DNA of 64,000 bases from NCBI GenBank assembly GCA_003427395.1, contig BFEA01000025.1, positions 4,467,668 to 4,531,667 of the forward strand, read 5' to 3'. Origin of the DNA: Chara braunii (Eukaryota; Plantae; Charophyceae). The position numbers and the translations under genes were made by a program. The notes beneath the pieces are model-generated. The model ran no database searches. It saw only the letters and a list, made by a program, of their open reading frames with translations, and was not told the DNA's origin. This document shows, piece after piece, positions 48,449 through 62,372 of this stretch. Within the stretch, counting starts at the first letter, position 1, and each line of letters begins with the position of its first letter.

Positions 48449-51400
48449 TTTTTTTTTTCTTTTCAAAACAGAACCTCTTGGTTCTGGCTCCTACCATTCT
48501 GGGGAGCAACAGTCCGGTTCCTTTCCCACGGCAAGTCAATAGTAGTTGCATAAGAAACACACGCACGCTCCCCCCCATTATGGCTGGGAGGGCCGAGTGG
48601 ACGGCATTGAATACTTCCCTGAGGAAGGATGTACTACCCCTCACCCCTGCCTAAGTTAGGCTGTACTATCTCAGTTTGCCAAACCATCTAATCCCAGTTC
48701 TGCTCCTCTCTGGTTTGAAACTGTCGGGTAGGTGTGTTTTACCAGAGTGTTCTGGGACGCGTATGATTCCCTTGAAAGGTTTCAAATCTAAACCCTATTT
48801 GTACAAGTCCTAAACCCTAGACCCTCAGTTATAGTGATGCCTTGATTTACCAGTTCCTAGTCCAAGAGATAAGGCCTGTGCTATTCCTCCGCTCTGAGCC
48901 CCGAACCTTTCTTCCTCTCTGTCCGCTCTTCTAAAACCCTAAACCCTACTCTCCGCCCCGACATGGAGACCAAGTCCTTTTTTACGTGAAAGTATAGTCC
49001 TGTAAGACCACTAAGCTGAATTTATGTCTGCTGAACTGTTTTGTGATTGTGCCATTTCCAACGAGGCAAGGACCGTGGTTCTGTCTCTCCCTTGCTGTTC
49101 CTCCCTCCTTTTCCATAACAATCGGGGGGGGTCACCTTGTATTGTGCCGAGTTTGCCTGTTCTGAGCCTGTCCTTGATGAATTTGTCTATGATTATTTGC
49201 TTTTTTGTGGGATCGTCGCTGATATTCTTGTTTGCTCGGCGCCAATCTGCCTGGTATTCCGTGTGTAGAAGTTGAAGAACATTCTCCCAGGCCTCCCGGG
49301 TCGATGTATTTTGGCGTGCTATTGTTTGTTTGCATCGAGTCTTCCATATGATCCACAGTGTAAAAGGACAGAGTCTTCTGAAGAGGGTTGAATGCCAGAC
49401 TTCTCTGAAACTTGGTTGTGCCAAACCCGTCAGGAGTGTCAGTAGGTTGTCCAGTAGCGATGCACCGACTAGCTCCAACCAGTACGCCGCATTTTGTTCC
49501 AAATTCTTTGTGCATTAGAACAGTTGATCAGACAGTGTAGCACGTCCTCGAGGGATCCATCATCGCAGACTGCGCAGCTATCGTCGAAATCTCTTCTACC
49601 AGTTCCCGACCTTCTCCTGCTGAGCCATGCGTTGACCGGTAAGGCCTGATAGAATATAAGCCGTTGCATGCTTCTTATACGAGTATTTCTGATGGCGAGG
49701 GGGACCTGCCAGGCAAGCTTCTCGGTGTTGCCTAGGCACCCCAGAATATATTTCTCCCGACATGGGTCAAAATGAGCTCTGTGCTCGCCGGATTACGTCT
49801 AAGTTTATAGCCGAAACTAGTTGAGTAGTCTACGCTTCTGCGCCCCCGTTGGTATTGCTCTTGTTTTCCATACCCATTCTGCCAGGTCAAACTCCAAATC
49901 TTCTAAGGTTGTTCCCAGCTGATAAATTATGTAGTCTTCGTCCTCCACCACTCTGATTTTCCTGAGGAAGGACGGTTTGGCTGTGACTCAGGCACGTACT
50001 CTTTTAGAGACCCTGCTGATGTTGTTTCCTGGCTGTTCTATCTCGTGGATGGTCCATAGTCCCCAATCCCCTGTCGGGCCTGTTGACTTTACGTATGCCA
50101 ATACTTCTGTGGGAGTGTTTTGTGAGCTCTACGTAGCCCACTCCCCGAATGTCCAGGCAGGGGGCGCTTGTAAGAGTGCCACCCAGTCCTATGGTATGGA
50201 TTGTAACATCGCCTGCCTGTTATCCTCCAAGTTGTGGCATCCTTTGAGAGTTGTTATGAGCTCTGCTGTTGTCTTCCAACGATTGCAGTGATGGTTCCAG
50301 ATCTGTTGAAGTTGCCAGACGCCCTTTTCTAGCCATGTAATCCAGCGGGTATCCTGTGTCATCAGAGTCCATGGTTTATCGGAGGGGTCTTTCAGCCATT
50401 GGTTGCAGAAGAGGGGTTGGCGCAGGACTTCCTCTCTGTTTGTTGGACTTCGAACCTTGGCCGGGAAGATCTCTCACCAGTGATGAGATACATCTAGTAC
50501 TCCAAGCGGGTCGGCGGCTGCACCTGTTGTTGCTGGTTAGTCCGTTGCACGTTGCTGCGAGTCGCCCAAGACTTCAACATTACCCAGAAGAGCCCTTGCA
50601 TGTTGGACGGGGAGGTGGCTTTAGGCAGCTGTCTGATCCTGTTCAAGGCCAGCGTAGTCCAGGGGAGTCGTTGTAGTAGTAACTTGACAATCCACTTCGT
50701 TTGAAAGGCCTTGGTTTGAGTAGCCGGATCAAGGACTGCCAAACCACCTTCACCGTTTGGTTGGATGATGCGTGACCAACCCACCTTCGGTATGAAGCGC
50801 TGTGTCGCAGGATTCCCGGTCCATAAGTAAGCGGTTGCTCGCCGTTTGAGGGCTGTGACCATGTTGCCTTCTGGTGTCTAGATTGTGGCTGCATACCACA
50901 ATATGGGAAAAATGGACGCATTAAGTACCAACACCCTTTCGAAGACTGACGTGTAGATGCTGGACCAGGTGTCCATTTTGCGTAACATCTTCGTTAGCAT
51001 CTCCGGTGCCATGGCCTGGTCTGGTCCAGAATCTGCAAGGCTTAGCTTGATTCCCAGAAAAGGCAGGGGCATTCTCGGATTTTTCCACTCGAACCCTATT
51101 GGGGAAACTTCATGGGGAGGTTGCAGACTGTCTGCCAGCCACGAACCCATGGTCTTGTGCCAGTTGACTTTCATTTCTGAGGCAAGCTGGAATGCTTGCA
51201 TAGCTCTGATAAGTCCATGAAAGGAAGCCTCGGAGCCTTGATGATGGTTGTGAGATCATCCGCAAAGAGTAGTTTAGTCGAAGGGGTCACCGCATGTGTG
51301 TGGAGAGTCGGTTCAACGACCAGTCTGTCGATGGATGGATCCTTTCGCAGAAAGGATGCAAACGCTTCCATCATAAAAAGAAACAATGGTGCCGTGAGCG

Positions 51401-54400
51401 GATCCCCTTGGCGGACCGAGTGTAACATCTTGAAGGGATTGGAGAGAAATCCATTGACTTGGACCTGACTATGGGCGTCATTATACAGTACTCTAACCCA
51501 TCTTCGGAAGTTTGGTCCCACCCCCATCTGTTCCATACAGTGCTGCTGGAAGTTCCAGTTAACTTGGTCGTACGCCTTTTCAAAATTGAAGAACAGTATG
51601 GCTGCGTTGAGTCGTCTGTCCTTGATGTAATGAGTTGATTTTGTCAAAGTCACGACATTGTCGAGAATAAATCTTCTTGGATGAAACCCGTCTGATCGAT
51701 GTGGAAACAACTGCTGGTGATCTTGTTGAGGCGATTAGCCAGAAGTGTGGCTAACACTTTATATACGATAATCAATAGCGTAATCGGCCTGTAGTTTGTG
51801 ATATCTGCAGGATCTCCTTTTTTGTACAGCAGGGTGACCACTCCTGTGCTTACGTATTTTCCTAGTCCTTCCTGTAACTCTGCTTTGCTGAGAAAGGACA
51901 TATACTCTTGCTCAAACACCGACCAAAAGGTTTGCCAAAACTTCTTGGATAGACCATCTCTGACAGGACATATACTCTTGCTCAAACACCGACCAAAAGG
52001 TTTGCCAAAACTTCTTGGATAGACCATCTCTGCCTGGTATCTTGTTCGGTTGAAGCAAATACAACCCTGCTCTCACTTATGGTTGAGTAAGTGGTTAAAT
52101 TTATCCAACTCTTCGGTCTGCTCTTTTGACAGGGTCTTGTCTAGGTGGTTCAAGAACTTGTTTCTGGCCTCCCTTACAACTGCTTGAGGTAATTGGTTCT
52201 CTTTGGAGGTGTATAGATCCTTGTAGAAGTCTGCTGCTATGGATAGCATACGCTCCGGATCTGAAGTGATTGTGTCGCCTGTGTTCAGTCGGTCGATGAG
52301 TTTGTTTTTGTTTTGAGTGGTTCTATCTGTTGTGATGAGAATGATGTGTCGTTGGTTTTTATCTTTTGAAAAAAGTATTTGGTCATTTTATCGCCCTGTT
52401 CCAACTCTTGACTCTTGCGCGTAGGCATAAGCCTGCGTCTTTCCATAACTTCCGCTCAACCAGTTTCTGTCTGGCCGCATCCGACGCTTCTTTTAGTTTT
52501 GTCGAACCTGGTTGAGCGACGAGGTTTCTCTTTGTCAGTCTGAGAACTGCTTCCAACTCCTCCTTTGATGATCTTCTGGCGGCCAGAATGCAAGACGCCT
52601 TGATCATGGCCATGGATAGACTCCCCACCACTTGTGGGAAGGAAGTAGTACAAGTGCCAAAAGCTTCACATGTCTCCACGATGTGTTGCTTCATGATCTG
52701 TGTATCCAGGAGAGAGTTATTGATCTTGAAGAAGTCAGGTCCTCTTTTTGTTGTAGCTTCAAGGGCGAGGTTCAAGAATATGTAGTTGTGGTCCAGTCCC
52801 GTAGAGTATAGCAGATCGTTGATTCTCGTTGTTAGGATTGCGCCCTGGACTCCTGGAGACTTTCAGATGTGAGAAAGAAGTCAATTCGTGATGCTGAGTA
52901 GTGTCGACGACGATTATGCTTGAAAGTCATGATTAGAAACACATGCTATGTTTCCACAAATGGATTGAAAAGTAGGTGAAAGCTTTAGAGGTGGGTTGAA
53001 GGGCTCGATATGGATCCACCAATTGTTGTTCCATCATGAGGCTATGTATAGGGGCCGCCTCCTCCCATGCCATTCCGTCTATACCAGTAGAGTCTCCTGA
53101 CATCCAGCATGGCATTCCGATCTCCTGTTAGCATCAGGTGCGCCGTGGTGGTACAAAGTGGTAATAGAGAATTGGCGAATTCTGCTATGTGCTGACGGGT
53201 ATTCGGATAGTAGATTGAGAGCATGCGGAAATGCTCCTGTTTGAAATGAAAGTTCAGTCTCGCCCATCTCCCGCCACTTTGATCCGACTGTGTTGTCTCT
53301 ATGGTTATGCCCTGCGCTGCCTCTGTGTTAGCGCGTACGAGGATGACTGTGCCTGCTGATCCTGGCATCGGAGTTGGTGCCCATAGGGAAAAATGCACCC
53401 AGCGAAGACGGCAACATATCTCCTTTTGTACTTGTTGTGTTCCAGTGATTCGGTTAAGTGCGTTTCATGTAGGCAAAGTATGTCTGGTGGGCTTCTCCCA
53501 TACCAGCCCACAGCATCCGTGATATTGCTCCATTTTTGCTGATATTGGATAACAGTGGCTAGACCATTGACATTCGATGAGATGACCCGCAGGTCCGGTG
53601 CTAGCGAGGCTGCTCCGTGAGACAGCGGGTCTGCCTGGACGTCCATGGTCGTCTAGATAACCAGTTTTTTAGTTATCTGTCTCAGTTATCTTTCTAACGC
53701 TTCATGTAGAATGCCTCTTTCTTCTCTGCCAGCGCGCTAATTTTCTTGCCCCAGGCCCCCACGTTCGCCGAGAAGAGTCAGTGCCTGATCACCAGTGTCG
53801 CTGCCAGAGCCGCCCGTTCTGGGGCCATTCCATGTCCCGCAAACCGTACGGACTTGATTCCACCACCTGCCATGGTACCCATTCCAGGTCCTCTTTCAAG
53901 GCCACTTTGTCTGACACCCTTACCATTATTGGCCTCAGGTCGACTACGCGCTGCTGGCCGTCTGCGTCCTTCCATTTCTCCATATTGCTTTGTTCTCCTC
54001 CCAAGGTAAAGAGCGGAGTGAGTGCGTCCTTGAATTGCATGGCCAGGGAACCATCACGCAGAGACTTCTCTGCGACCGTGACCAGCGCTCCTGTTGTGTG
54101 TACGGCGACTTCCCAGTCCTTATGTGCTATGTTCCAGCAGCGTGGGATGAGGACTCTTTTGTGATCCAATTTCCTGGCATCCACCCTGGCCGCTGCGTCT
54201 ACAGCGTTTGTCTGCTTTTTTGCTATCTTCTGCAACGAGGTGTGTTTGGCAGCGAAGTCTTCGTTTTTGGTTGTGAGAGTGGCGAACTGAGCTTCCATTA
54301 TGGCTTTTCTTCGGCACAGGTCTGCAGCCGTGCCTGGCTGAGTTTGTGCCTTCCACCGACGTTTGTGTCTCCCCCTCTTTCTTCTCCTCGGCTTTTTTCC

Positions 54401-57300
54401 CTCGCTTGGATTTGCTGGGATGTTCTGCTTTGTCTGTGTATGTGTTAGGCCAATGGAATTACTTGGCGTACTCGGGGTTGTCAACATGGAGAGAGTCTCC
54501 CTCAACCCTGGTTTTGAGAGTATAGTGATGGACCACAAATTCTGACATTACACTCTCCTCTTGCAGTGCCTCAAATCTGTTACTGGTCGGAGTAGCGGTC
54601 TGCCCATTGGTTGCTCCTGCCCCCACCTGGTGTACCTTCCGAGTGTAACGCTGGTGTGCCAGCTGTAACTTGAATTCCAGCTGTTGCACACGTTCGAGGT
54701 CGGTAACAGCTTGTTGTAGCCAGTCAACGTCTTCCTATGTGACTCCTTCCTGACCTTGGTCCTCATCTGTCTGGTCTTCATCTGGTTCCTACGTGTGCAC
54801 GGTGGGCACGCCATCCTCTGCTGTTTTCCTCTTCCAGCCCTCACTTACATTTGTGCCATGTTTTTCTATTTCCATTGCCTCTTTTGAGTGTGCTTCTCTT
54901 GTATCCCTAGCAGATCCCGCTATTTTCCTCTTATTTTTGTCCATCTTTCCGAGGTTATAAAAAGCCTTTTCTGCCGCTTCTTCTATGTTTGCCAGTTCCA
55001 CCATTGCTTGTAGTTTTTGTCTGTCTTCCTCTATGGCGTCCTTGTTTGTAATCGACTTGGTGAGGTGACCAATCCCCTCCTCGTCCATTCTCCTCGGCCC
55101 TGTCCCTCTCCATCTACTGGATAGATGTCAAGTTTCACCGCCGGAGTTTTAGACAGGGTCCATACCCATCTCGGTGTTTGCGGATTGTCATCGAAGATCC
55201 ATCCTCTGAACTTCGGCGGGTCCACATACCACACTCCTAGTTTATCTGCACACTCAACCAGTTGTGTTTGGTTGGGATCCTGATGTCTTTCCGCTGACTG
55301 GCTCGCCGAGCAGTTGGGGTCATTCCCAAGGTGCCCTCTCCCTTTGCAGCGGAAACATGTTGGGTTGGTTTTTGTGGATACAAAGATTGTTACCCTTTGT
55401 CCCTTTTTCCGGAAGAGCCAGACCTCCGGGAACACCGGAGGTTTTCCTGACGGAACGCTCAAACATGCTATCCTGGAGTCGTGGTTAGGGGCCAGGAACT
55501 CCGGACCCGCTTCAAGCCATGTGACCACCAGGTTATTGGGGTACTGCGTCTCCAGACGTTTGTTGATCATGTTGTGGAGGCCCTCCGAGAGGTTGTCAAA
55601 TTGAACCGAGAAGTGCTATCGCAGCACGTTCAGTCCGTGTCTGGTTGCCTCACCCTGCGGTGTTCGTGGGGGTTTCCATGCTCTGATGGTGACCACCGAC
55701 CCCTTGCAGCTGAGGGAATCAAGAGATTTAATGTACTTGGCGTAGCTCTCCTCTACGCATAACACCATGACCGTGTTCCTCCCCCTCTTATGGAGGGATA
55801 TGTCTGGTTCCATCCCTGGCACAGTTTGAAGAGCTCTAAGGCGGTCCAGCACCCACGCCCTTTTGTCGTTCAATGAGAGTTCCTTGCTTTTATGCGAAAA
55901 GTTGAAAAGCACAACTTGTTTTTCGTAAACAGCGTTGACCTCTTTCATGTCCTCCTCTGGGTATTCCCACACGTCCACTTCTGTTTGTACTCCTCCATCA
56001 CCTTTGATTTTCTCCTTCAATATTTTCACATGTGATTTGATTCTTGTTCTGTTGATGAGGAAATCAAGAGCTTGTTGACCAAGTTTAGCCGGCGGTTGAC
56101 TGATCTCCTGGTCTTCAGTGATGTCCCTTCCCGCTGTCGGCTGTGTGTGTGGCAGTTGTTGTAGTACGATCTGTTGCGCCCTCGCCACTTGCGCATATGT
56201 GGGTTCCACGTCCATCTTCGCTGGCTCCGTCAAAGTTGTTGGAGTGGACATGGTTTCCAGATGTGCACCTCGTCTCCGTTTCGAGATTCCCTGTTGACAC
56301 CCAGCTTACGACCTGCCTCACAATCCCTGTCTCGTGTTTTCGTCGTACCCCCCTCTCTAGTTTTTTTTTTTTTTTTTTACCCTGAATCTACCCTAGTTGA
56401 TCCCTGCGAAGTTGTCTTCTCTTGACAGCCTATGTTCTTCTCTTGTCGCTCCTTGTTGATGATACACGACTTCTGCGATTTTGTTGTCGGAGGATCCACG
56501 TGTCTCTGCGTGATGGCACAGCGCCGTGAAAAGAGGAAGTTGAGCGTCGTTGCACTTTTCCCGTGGGCTGAATCGACCGTGGATCTACCGTAGTATGTCC
56601 CCTCGATTTTACTCCCTCTTAACGGCCTCCTATGTTCGCGTGTCTCTCTTCGTTGACGAGGTGATGCCGCGTGATGAGATGAACAAGTACAGCCTTGTTG
56701 TGCTGCCACATAGGCCGAACCTTTCAAATGATGGTAGCGCACTCCCTCATATTGCCTTTCCTCCGGCGATGGTACTCAGCAATGCTGCGCACCGCCGGCC
56801 TGGGAGGCTCACTGTCTTCAGTAGAGCCAGTTGACGAAGTCGCGAGATGGCGGCTATGGATGCGTCGTAGCGGTCAGAGATGGTGATGGTATGCGACGAA
56901 GCCGCACGATGGCGACTATAGATACCTCATCGCAGTCGGTGATGGTGATGCCTCGCAACGAAGCCGGGCGATGGCGGCTATAGATGCGACGTCGCAGTCG
57001 GTGATGGTGGTGTCGCGCGATGAAGGCGCACGATGTCGGCTATGGATGTCTCGTCGCAGTAATTGATGGTGACGCTACGCGACGAGGCCGCGCAATGGCA
57101 GCTATGGATGGGTTGTCGCATTCCATGATAGTGATGCCATGCGATGAAGCCGCGTGATGGCGGCTATGGATGTGTCGTCGCAATCTGTGTTGGTGATGCC
57201 GGTGTAGCGCTAACCGGTTCGGCGCTACGCACTCGTGAAGGGCCTGACTGTTGACTTTCCTAGAGCCTACATTTGACTCTGCAGGCCGTCGACGTCTCAA
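48449..57300 (-). mobile_element. Near full-length decayed L1/Tx1-like LINE, antisense in intron 1
   Basis: ORF1 from 56251 with CFRCKGRGHLGNDPNC; ORF2 from 53646 SSNVNGL..CLHETH (EN), FEKAYD, VRQGDP, LFADD (RT), CAVC..EDVLHCLINC (zf); poly-T at ~48449; 70-bp duplication at 51895-52032. 5' boundary approximate. Confidence 0.93.
56833..57200. repeat. 62-bp tandem monomers x6 in the LINE 5' region
   Basis: gctatggatg-like motif at 56853, 56915, 56977, 57039, 57101, 57163. Confidence 0.9.
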
Positions 57301-58297
57301 ATTGACCCTTGAGGGCCTTCACCCTGAGGCTACCAACCTACAGACTTTTCCGGTGCCTCTTCAGAGGCTGAAAAGTGACTTTTGGTCCCTAGAACTTTGA
57401 CCTGACCAGAGGTTACACCCCGTGTCATGCCTGCGTGGATTTCATATCAGTTCCGAAGACTTTTCAGAATCTGTAAGATCAACTGTTGACCCCTGAACTT
57501 TGGGCTTGGTCAAAAGCTATGTCTCTTGCTACCCTTAGACTTTGCACCTCTGGTTCTACACCGTTCAGTCACTTTGTAGGGGTCTGCATACCAAACGTTG
57601 TTGACTGAGACAAGGACTACTGGTAGTCGGTAACACCGTATTCTGTAGGACCGAGGGCCTTTCTCACAGACTCTGGGACCTCCCAGAGTAGTACAGACCT
57701 ATTTCTCATGCCTAGCATTGACTCAGATGTCAGATGTATGTTTCTGTGCTGGATTTGAACCCAGGTCATTTCAACGCAGCCCATGTGGTTGAATGGTACA
57801 TGCATGTAACTGTTGGTGAAACAGATCATGATTTAAAATCCTGGTGGAATCAGGTAGATAAAATGAGTGCATGAATGACATCGTCATCATCGTCATACAG
57901 CAGTGAACACACTTCAAGAGAAAAGATTACTGGTTGGAGTCCAGTTCAACCGGGCAGGGACTCAGGGAGCACAGCCCATGGTCTGTAGCTCCTTGGACTT
58001 GGCAGCAGGTGGTTAGACCACCTCCAAGTTTGCCCCTTGGCTGTACACTGCACCAGTATACGAGGGGCCGTGCAACAGATAAAATGCCGAGGCTACCCAT
58101 GAATATGATCATCACCTGTGATGTCAAGGTTTAAAAGTCTCAGAAGATCTTCTTTGGAGTACATTGAATCACTGACAGGACTTTTTGCAAGAGGAAGGGC
58201 AAAAAGAGAAAAGCATCAAAAAGGCAAAAAAGTCAAAAAAAACGCTTCTGGTGAGTCAAAGTTCATCTGAAACATGGGTATATACTATATACTGCAG

Positions 58298-58408
58298 GAG
58301 CATGCCCTAGCGGCTATGAGGCGACAGTTGAAGCTGCTGGATTGTGATTTTCCGTGTGCCAGTGAAGAGCATGAAGGGCGTCACGACGTCAAGATGAAAG
58401 ACTATGAG
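58298..58408 (+). CDS. Exon 2 of the host gene
   Basis: TGCAG|GAG..GAG|GTAAT; 111 nt, phase 0; EHALAAMRRQLKLL continues the exon 1 helix. Confidence 0.6.
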
Positions 58409-58562
58409 GTAATGCTTGTTTACACTTTGGCGCTTGCGATCGCTCTGCTCTTTGTCCCTAGATCTGCTGGTCTCTGGTGTTCTTGCTTATGTCTCCTCTC
58501 TGTGTCAATGTTCATATTCGTCCCTGCATGTGCCACGTCCCCCACCTTCTGCCTTCATCCCC

Positions 58563-58665
<103 letters not shown>

Positions 58666-58671
58666 TATATA

Positions 58672-58905
58672 TATATCGTCACAAATAGAACTGCCCGGTA
58701 AACCATAGGCAGAGAGAGAGAAGAGGACAACAAACGAGGGGCTGTGACAAACTGTTTCGTGGGAGTTTCACCGACTCATCAGGAGGTATATATATATATA
58801 TATATATATCGTCAAATAGATATATATATGTATATGTATATATATATATCGTCAAATAGATCTGCCCGGTAAAAACGAGGGGCTGTGACAAACTGTTTCG
58901 TCGTA
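58672..58905 (-). repeat. Hammerhead-like repeat, partial tandem copies in (TA)n
   Basis: Minus strand CTGATGA-GTCGG-TGAAACT-CCCAC-GAAA-CAGTTTG-TC at 58782-58746; second partial copy at ~58850-58903. Confidence 0.6.
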
Positions 58906-58941
58906 TATATTGCCCAGTGGGAACTGTGGGATGGTGGGACA

Positions 58942-59432
58942 ATGGCTCAGGCTATTTTCAACATAAATGAATTTCTGTGTGCATTACCGAATCGGCGAAT
59001 CATACTTTATTCTGGATTATTGATCGACTCTCGTGTGACACCTGTCGGGACAGGGACACGGTGCGTCTTGGCTGCGGAATTCATCACCTATGTCATCAAC
59101 ATTATCAATCTATTGCACCCGCCCCCGTCTGTGCCGAAGGGTGTCCAACATATCCTCATTGTACACATCTCTATCACCCAGATATTCGTTGTCCCTTTTG
59201 TGCTCAAGGACGCTATCAGGACTGCATGATGCCGCACTGTGATGAACGTCCTGCTGTTTTTTTGACATCTGGACAGCATGTCCTTTGTCAGGACTGTTTT
59301 GATGGGATGGTCCGTGCTAGCCGTCCTGCTGAATGCTGTGCTGAAGTAGCTCTCCTTGGGTATCCTTGCGAACATCCACGTCATCCTCAGCGTGCCTGTC
59401 CTATCTGCCGGGGTGGGGGCTCCTCTTCCTGA
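58942..59432 (+). pseudogene. Intronless tandem RING-finger-like ORF (likely frameshifted near its start)
   Basis: CDTC..CGIHHLC..CPFC and CMMPHC..GQHVLCQDC..CPICR. Confidence 0.55.
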
Positions 59433-59875
59433 CTGGTCAAAATAATCAAGCGATCAGGAGCAACACTAATTGTAGGACAGATAAACGAAAGAAGAAAAAA
59501 AGTACAAATGTCTGGAGAAGGGAAAAAAGAAAAAAAGAAAAAAATATGTTGAGCTTTGTAGTGACAGTGGCAAATGGTTAATCTGTGGGATGTGTCATTT
59601 GCTTTCTTCCTTATCTTTTTTTTGACCTCTCTCTTTCTCTTGCCTCTGTGAGGTCTGGTTTCCTCCTCCCTTTCTTTACCTCTTTGCCTTTTGGCTGCGT
59701 GCAAGTAGGTCCTTGTGACACACGGGGATCGGGGCAGCCAGCGCTCAACCTGTCATCCACGTGGCTGGCCTTGTACGTAAGAGGTGATGAACAGGTGGGG
59801 CTTTCCTTCCTTCCTTCTTTTCCTTTCCTTGTTTTGCTTTTTTTCGCCTTCGTGCTCTGATTCACAGTGTGACAA

Positions 59876-59952
<77 letters not shown>

Positions 59953-60696
59953 CGGTCGTTCCGTTGGTTACTCGGTGTGGTTATGACTCCAATCTGTTGC
60001 GGGGATCAATACCCCAGTTAACGACCAGGGGTTGGCGGCCTGTGAGGATTCCTGCAAATGAAGTGAAAGTTGTGTGCGAGCTATGCATTTTGGTATGTGC
60101 ATAATGGGTAGTTGGCCGTAGTCCCCCTGAGGCTGCAGGAACCCGTTCCTGTGTATGAGATCAATGCCTGATGGAACATGAGATGAATCAGATGATGCGC
60201 ACTTCCAAGGCCCAAGAAGTGATCATTGCATAAGTCTGTTGAACTTCGTCCCCAGAATTTGCATCCTTTTGTCTGTGTGGCTATAGCCTATTGGATTTGA
60301 CCCCTCGGATGAGTGGCCATTAGTTTCTATAAATTCAACAAATCTCTGTTGGCCAAGCACCAGTTTGACTCCCAGTGGGCACCCATATTGCGCACGGAAA
60401 TTGAGCTTCTCTGTTCCTCATATTCAGAGGAAGACTAAAGTATACTCTTTTCATAAAAAAGGGGGTTAACTTAGCCCCTCACATTCTTGTGTCCATCTGT
60501 TTCAGTCAGGGTTTGAACTCATGACCTGATCTACTTTTTTCAAAATTAAGGCCACTTTGTTTCAACCCTCGCAAATAGAGCCAACGCATCGTTCAGATCT
60601 GCGGATGTGTCGAACCACATGTGACCTGGTTACAAGGAAGGATTTACTTGCCTGCTGATTTTGCCTCTCTCTCGGAGTCGGCTTCTGTGTGCACAG

Positions 60697-61110
60697 GATT
60701 CATTGTACAGCAGCGCAGATGAGGAAGTCGAGGAGTGTAGCGTCAGGCTTGAACTTGAAGAGGACGTGGAGCGTGGCGAGCAGCCTGAGGTTCAGGAGCG
60801 AAGACTTGCGTGCAATGATATTTTTCTTACTCCTAATTGTCTCCTCTACGATATCAGGGTGGATAAGCAGATGGATCCTTGTAGCTCCGAGATAGGAGGA
60901 CTGGTGATCCAGGAGATAGAGCAGGAAGTTGGCACTCATACTCCATCGTCAGACAGTGTGCTAGAGATATCGCACCATGCAGAACAGCATGATGGAGATG
61001 AAGTTGTGGTGGAAAGCAGAACGACCAACAAAGGACTGATTACATTTTCAGAACGTGATCAGAATCATCAGATGAATAACTTGCGACAAGTGAATGGTGC
61101 AGGTTTACAG
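60697..61110 (+). CDS. Exon 3 of the host gene
   Basis: CACAG|GAT..CAG|GTGGG; 414 nt, phase 0, acidic open frame. Confidence 0.55.
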
Positions 61111-61202
61111 GTGGGTTTCCAGGCGGGGAACTTCCAAAGCTGTTCCATGTATGGCCGGTAAACATATCAATCAAGCAGCAATGCTCTTCCTCTTTTAACA
61201 AG

Positions 61203-61544
61203 GATCATGAGTGCGAGAGATCCGCAGAAGACAAATGTGGAAATGCAGAAAGGAGAAGCTTGTATCCGACACAGGGCCAGGCTAAGAAAGAGACCTCTTG
61301 TGTTTGGAAATCACTAGGACACTTCAGTAAATATCATACTGCCAGCAAGTTAACAAATCATCAACTTATGGATAATCGCCATCATCACCATTGCCACCAT
61401 CATGACCATCACCATATCCACAAGAAGATGGTGAATGCAATTCAAGCCATCGACTCTCTCTTCCAGAGCCTCGAGTCCAATCGTTGCAGTTCCAACCTCG
61501 ACAAAGACAAGCAGACGAGGACCACCTCCCACCTGTGGATGTGA
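61203..61544 (+). CDS. Putative last exon of the host gene (His-rich)
   Basis: Pyrimidine tract then AAG|GAT after a 92-nt intron, in frame to TGA at 61542-61544. Confidence 0.45.
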   Translation, partial: DHECERSAEDKCGNAERRSLYPTQGQAKKETSCVWKSLGHFSKYHTASKLTNHQLMDNRHHHHCHHHDHHHIHKKMVNAIQAIDSLFQSLESNRCSSNLDKDKQTRTTSHLWM

Positions 61545-61564
61545 TCTAGAGCATGCCGGTCCCG

Positions 61565-61641
<77 letters not shown>

Positions 61642-62372
61642 ATAAACTAATGTCTTTTATCAGCTTGGCCTGTGGGCAGTGCACTGTGTGAGATAATCTT
61701 TATAGGAAGCAGTCAGCATGTGTGTGTGCTGTCTGTAGTATGCACATTGTAACCATCCTTACACGGACTCCTCTTGCCCTGTGGTGAAACAATGAAAGTG
61801 GTCAAAGTTCTCTCCTCATCCCCGCAATCAGACAATAAAACTCAGCCGAATGAAGGGGATGAGAGATTGGAGATGCCAGATGGGCTGGTGGGTCTATTCT
61901 ACCCATATTACCCATAACCCATTGGCAATGCCAAGAGAGAGGAAACTGGTGGCAACTGCGGAAGTATCTGTAAAATGGACAGAAATGAGGCAACTGCTGT
62001 CAACAGGGACTCAACAGCAAGCGTCTCAGGAGTGATGTCATGGAGGGTCTGCTAGAGGCTAAGATGTTAAGGGTCAGGGTCAGTCTGACCATTATTGACG
62101 ACAAAGTGCACTGAAGAACAACACGCAGGTTTGGTGCTGCTGCTGATGGTACTGGTGCTGTCAACTGATATGGGCGAAAAACGAAGGAAATGAAAATGCT
62201 GAAGGATTGGCATTCATGATGATGATGATTGTGTTCATCATGACAAGTCAAAGATACAAGGGGGAGGGGGGGAAGGGAACGAAGAAAAAGAAGGTTGATG
62301 ACAGCTACTGAAGGAAAGTCAATGATGGTCTTAAGACAACAGTGACAGCAAGAAACGTTGACAGCATTGAGT

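Noticed and set aside
47871-48466. Poly-ER / poly-SL ORFs here and at ~3706, 39188, 61350
   Set aside because: They are translations of (CT)n microsatellites and N gaps
46790-57853. 18-bp direct repeat AAATCCTGGTGGAATCAG as TSD of the second LINE
   Set aside because: It lies 1.6 kb from the poly-T end, and similarity continues past the repeat, so two SINE-like relics are more likely
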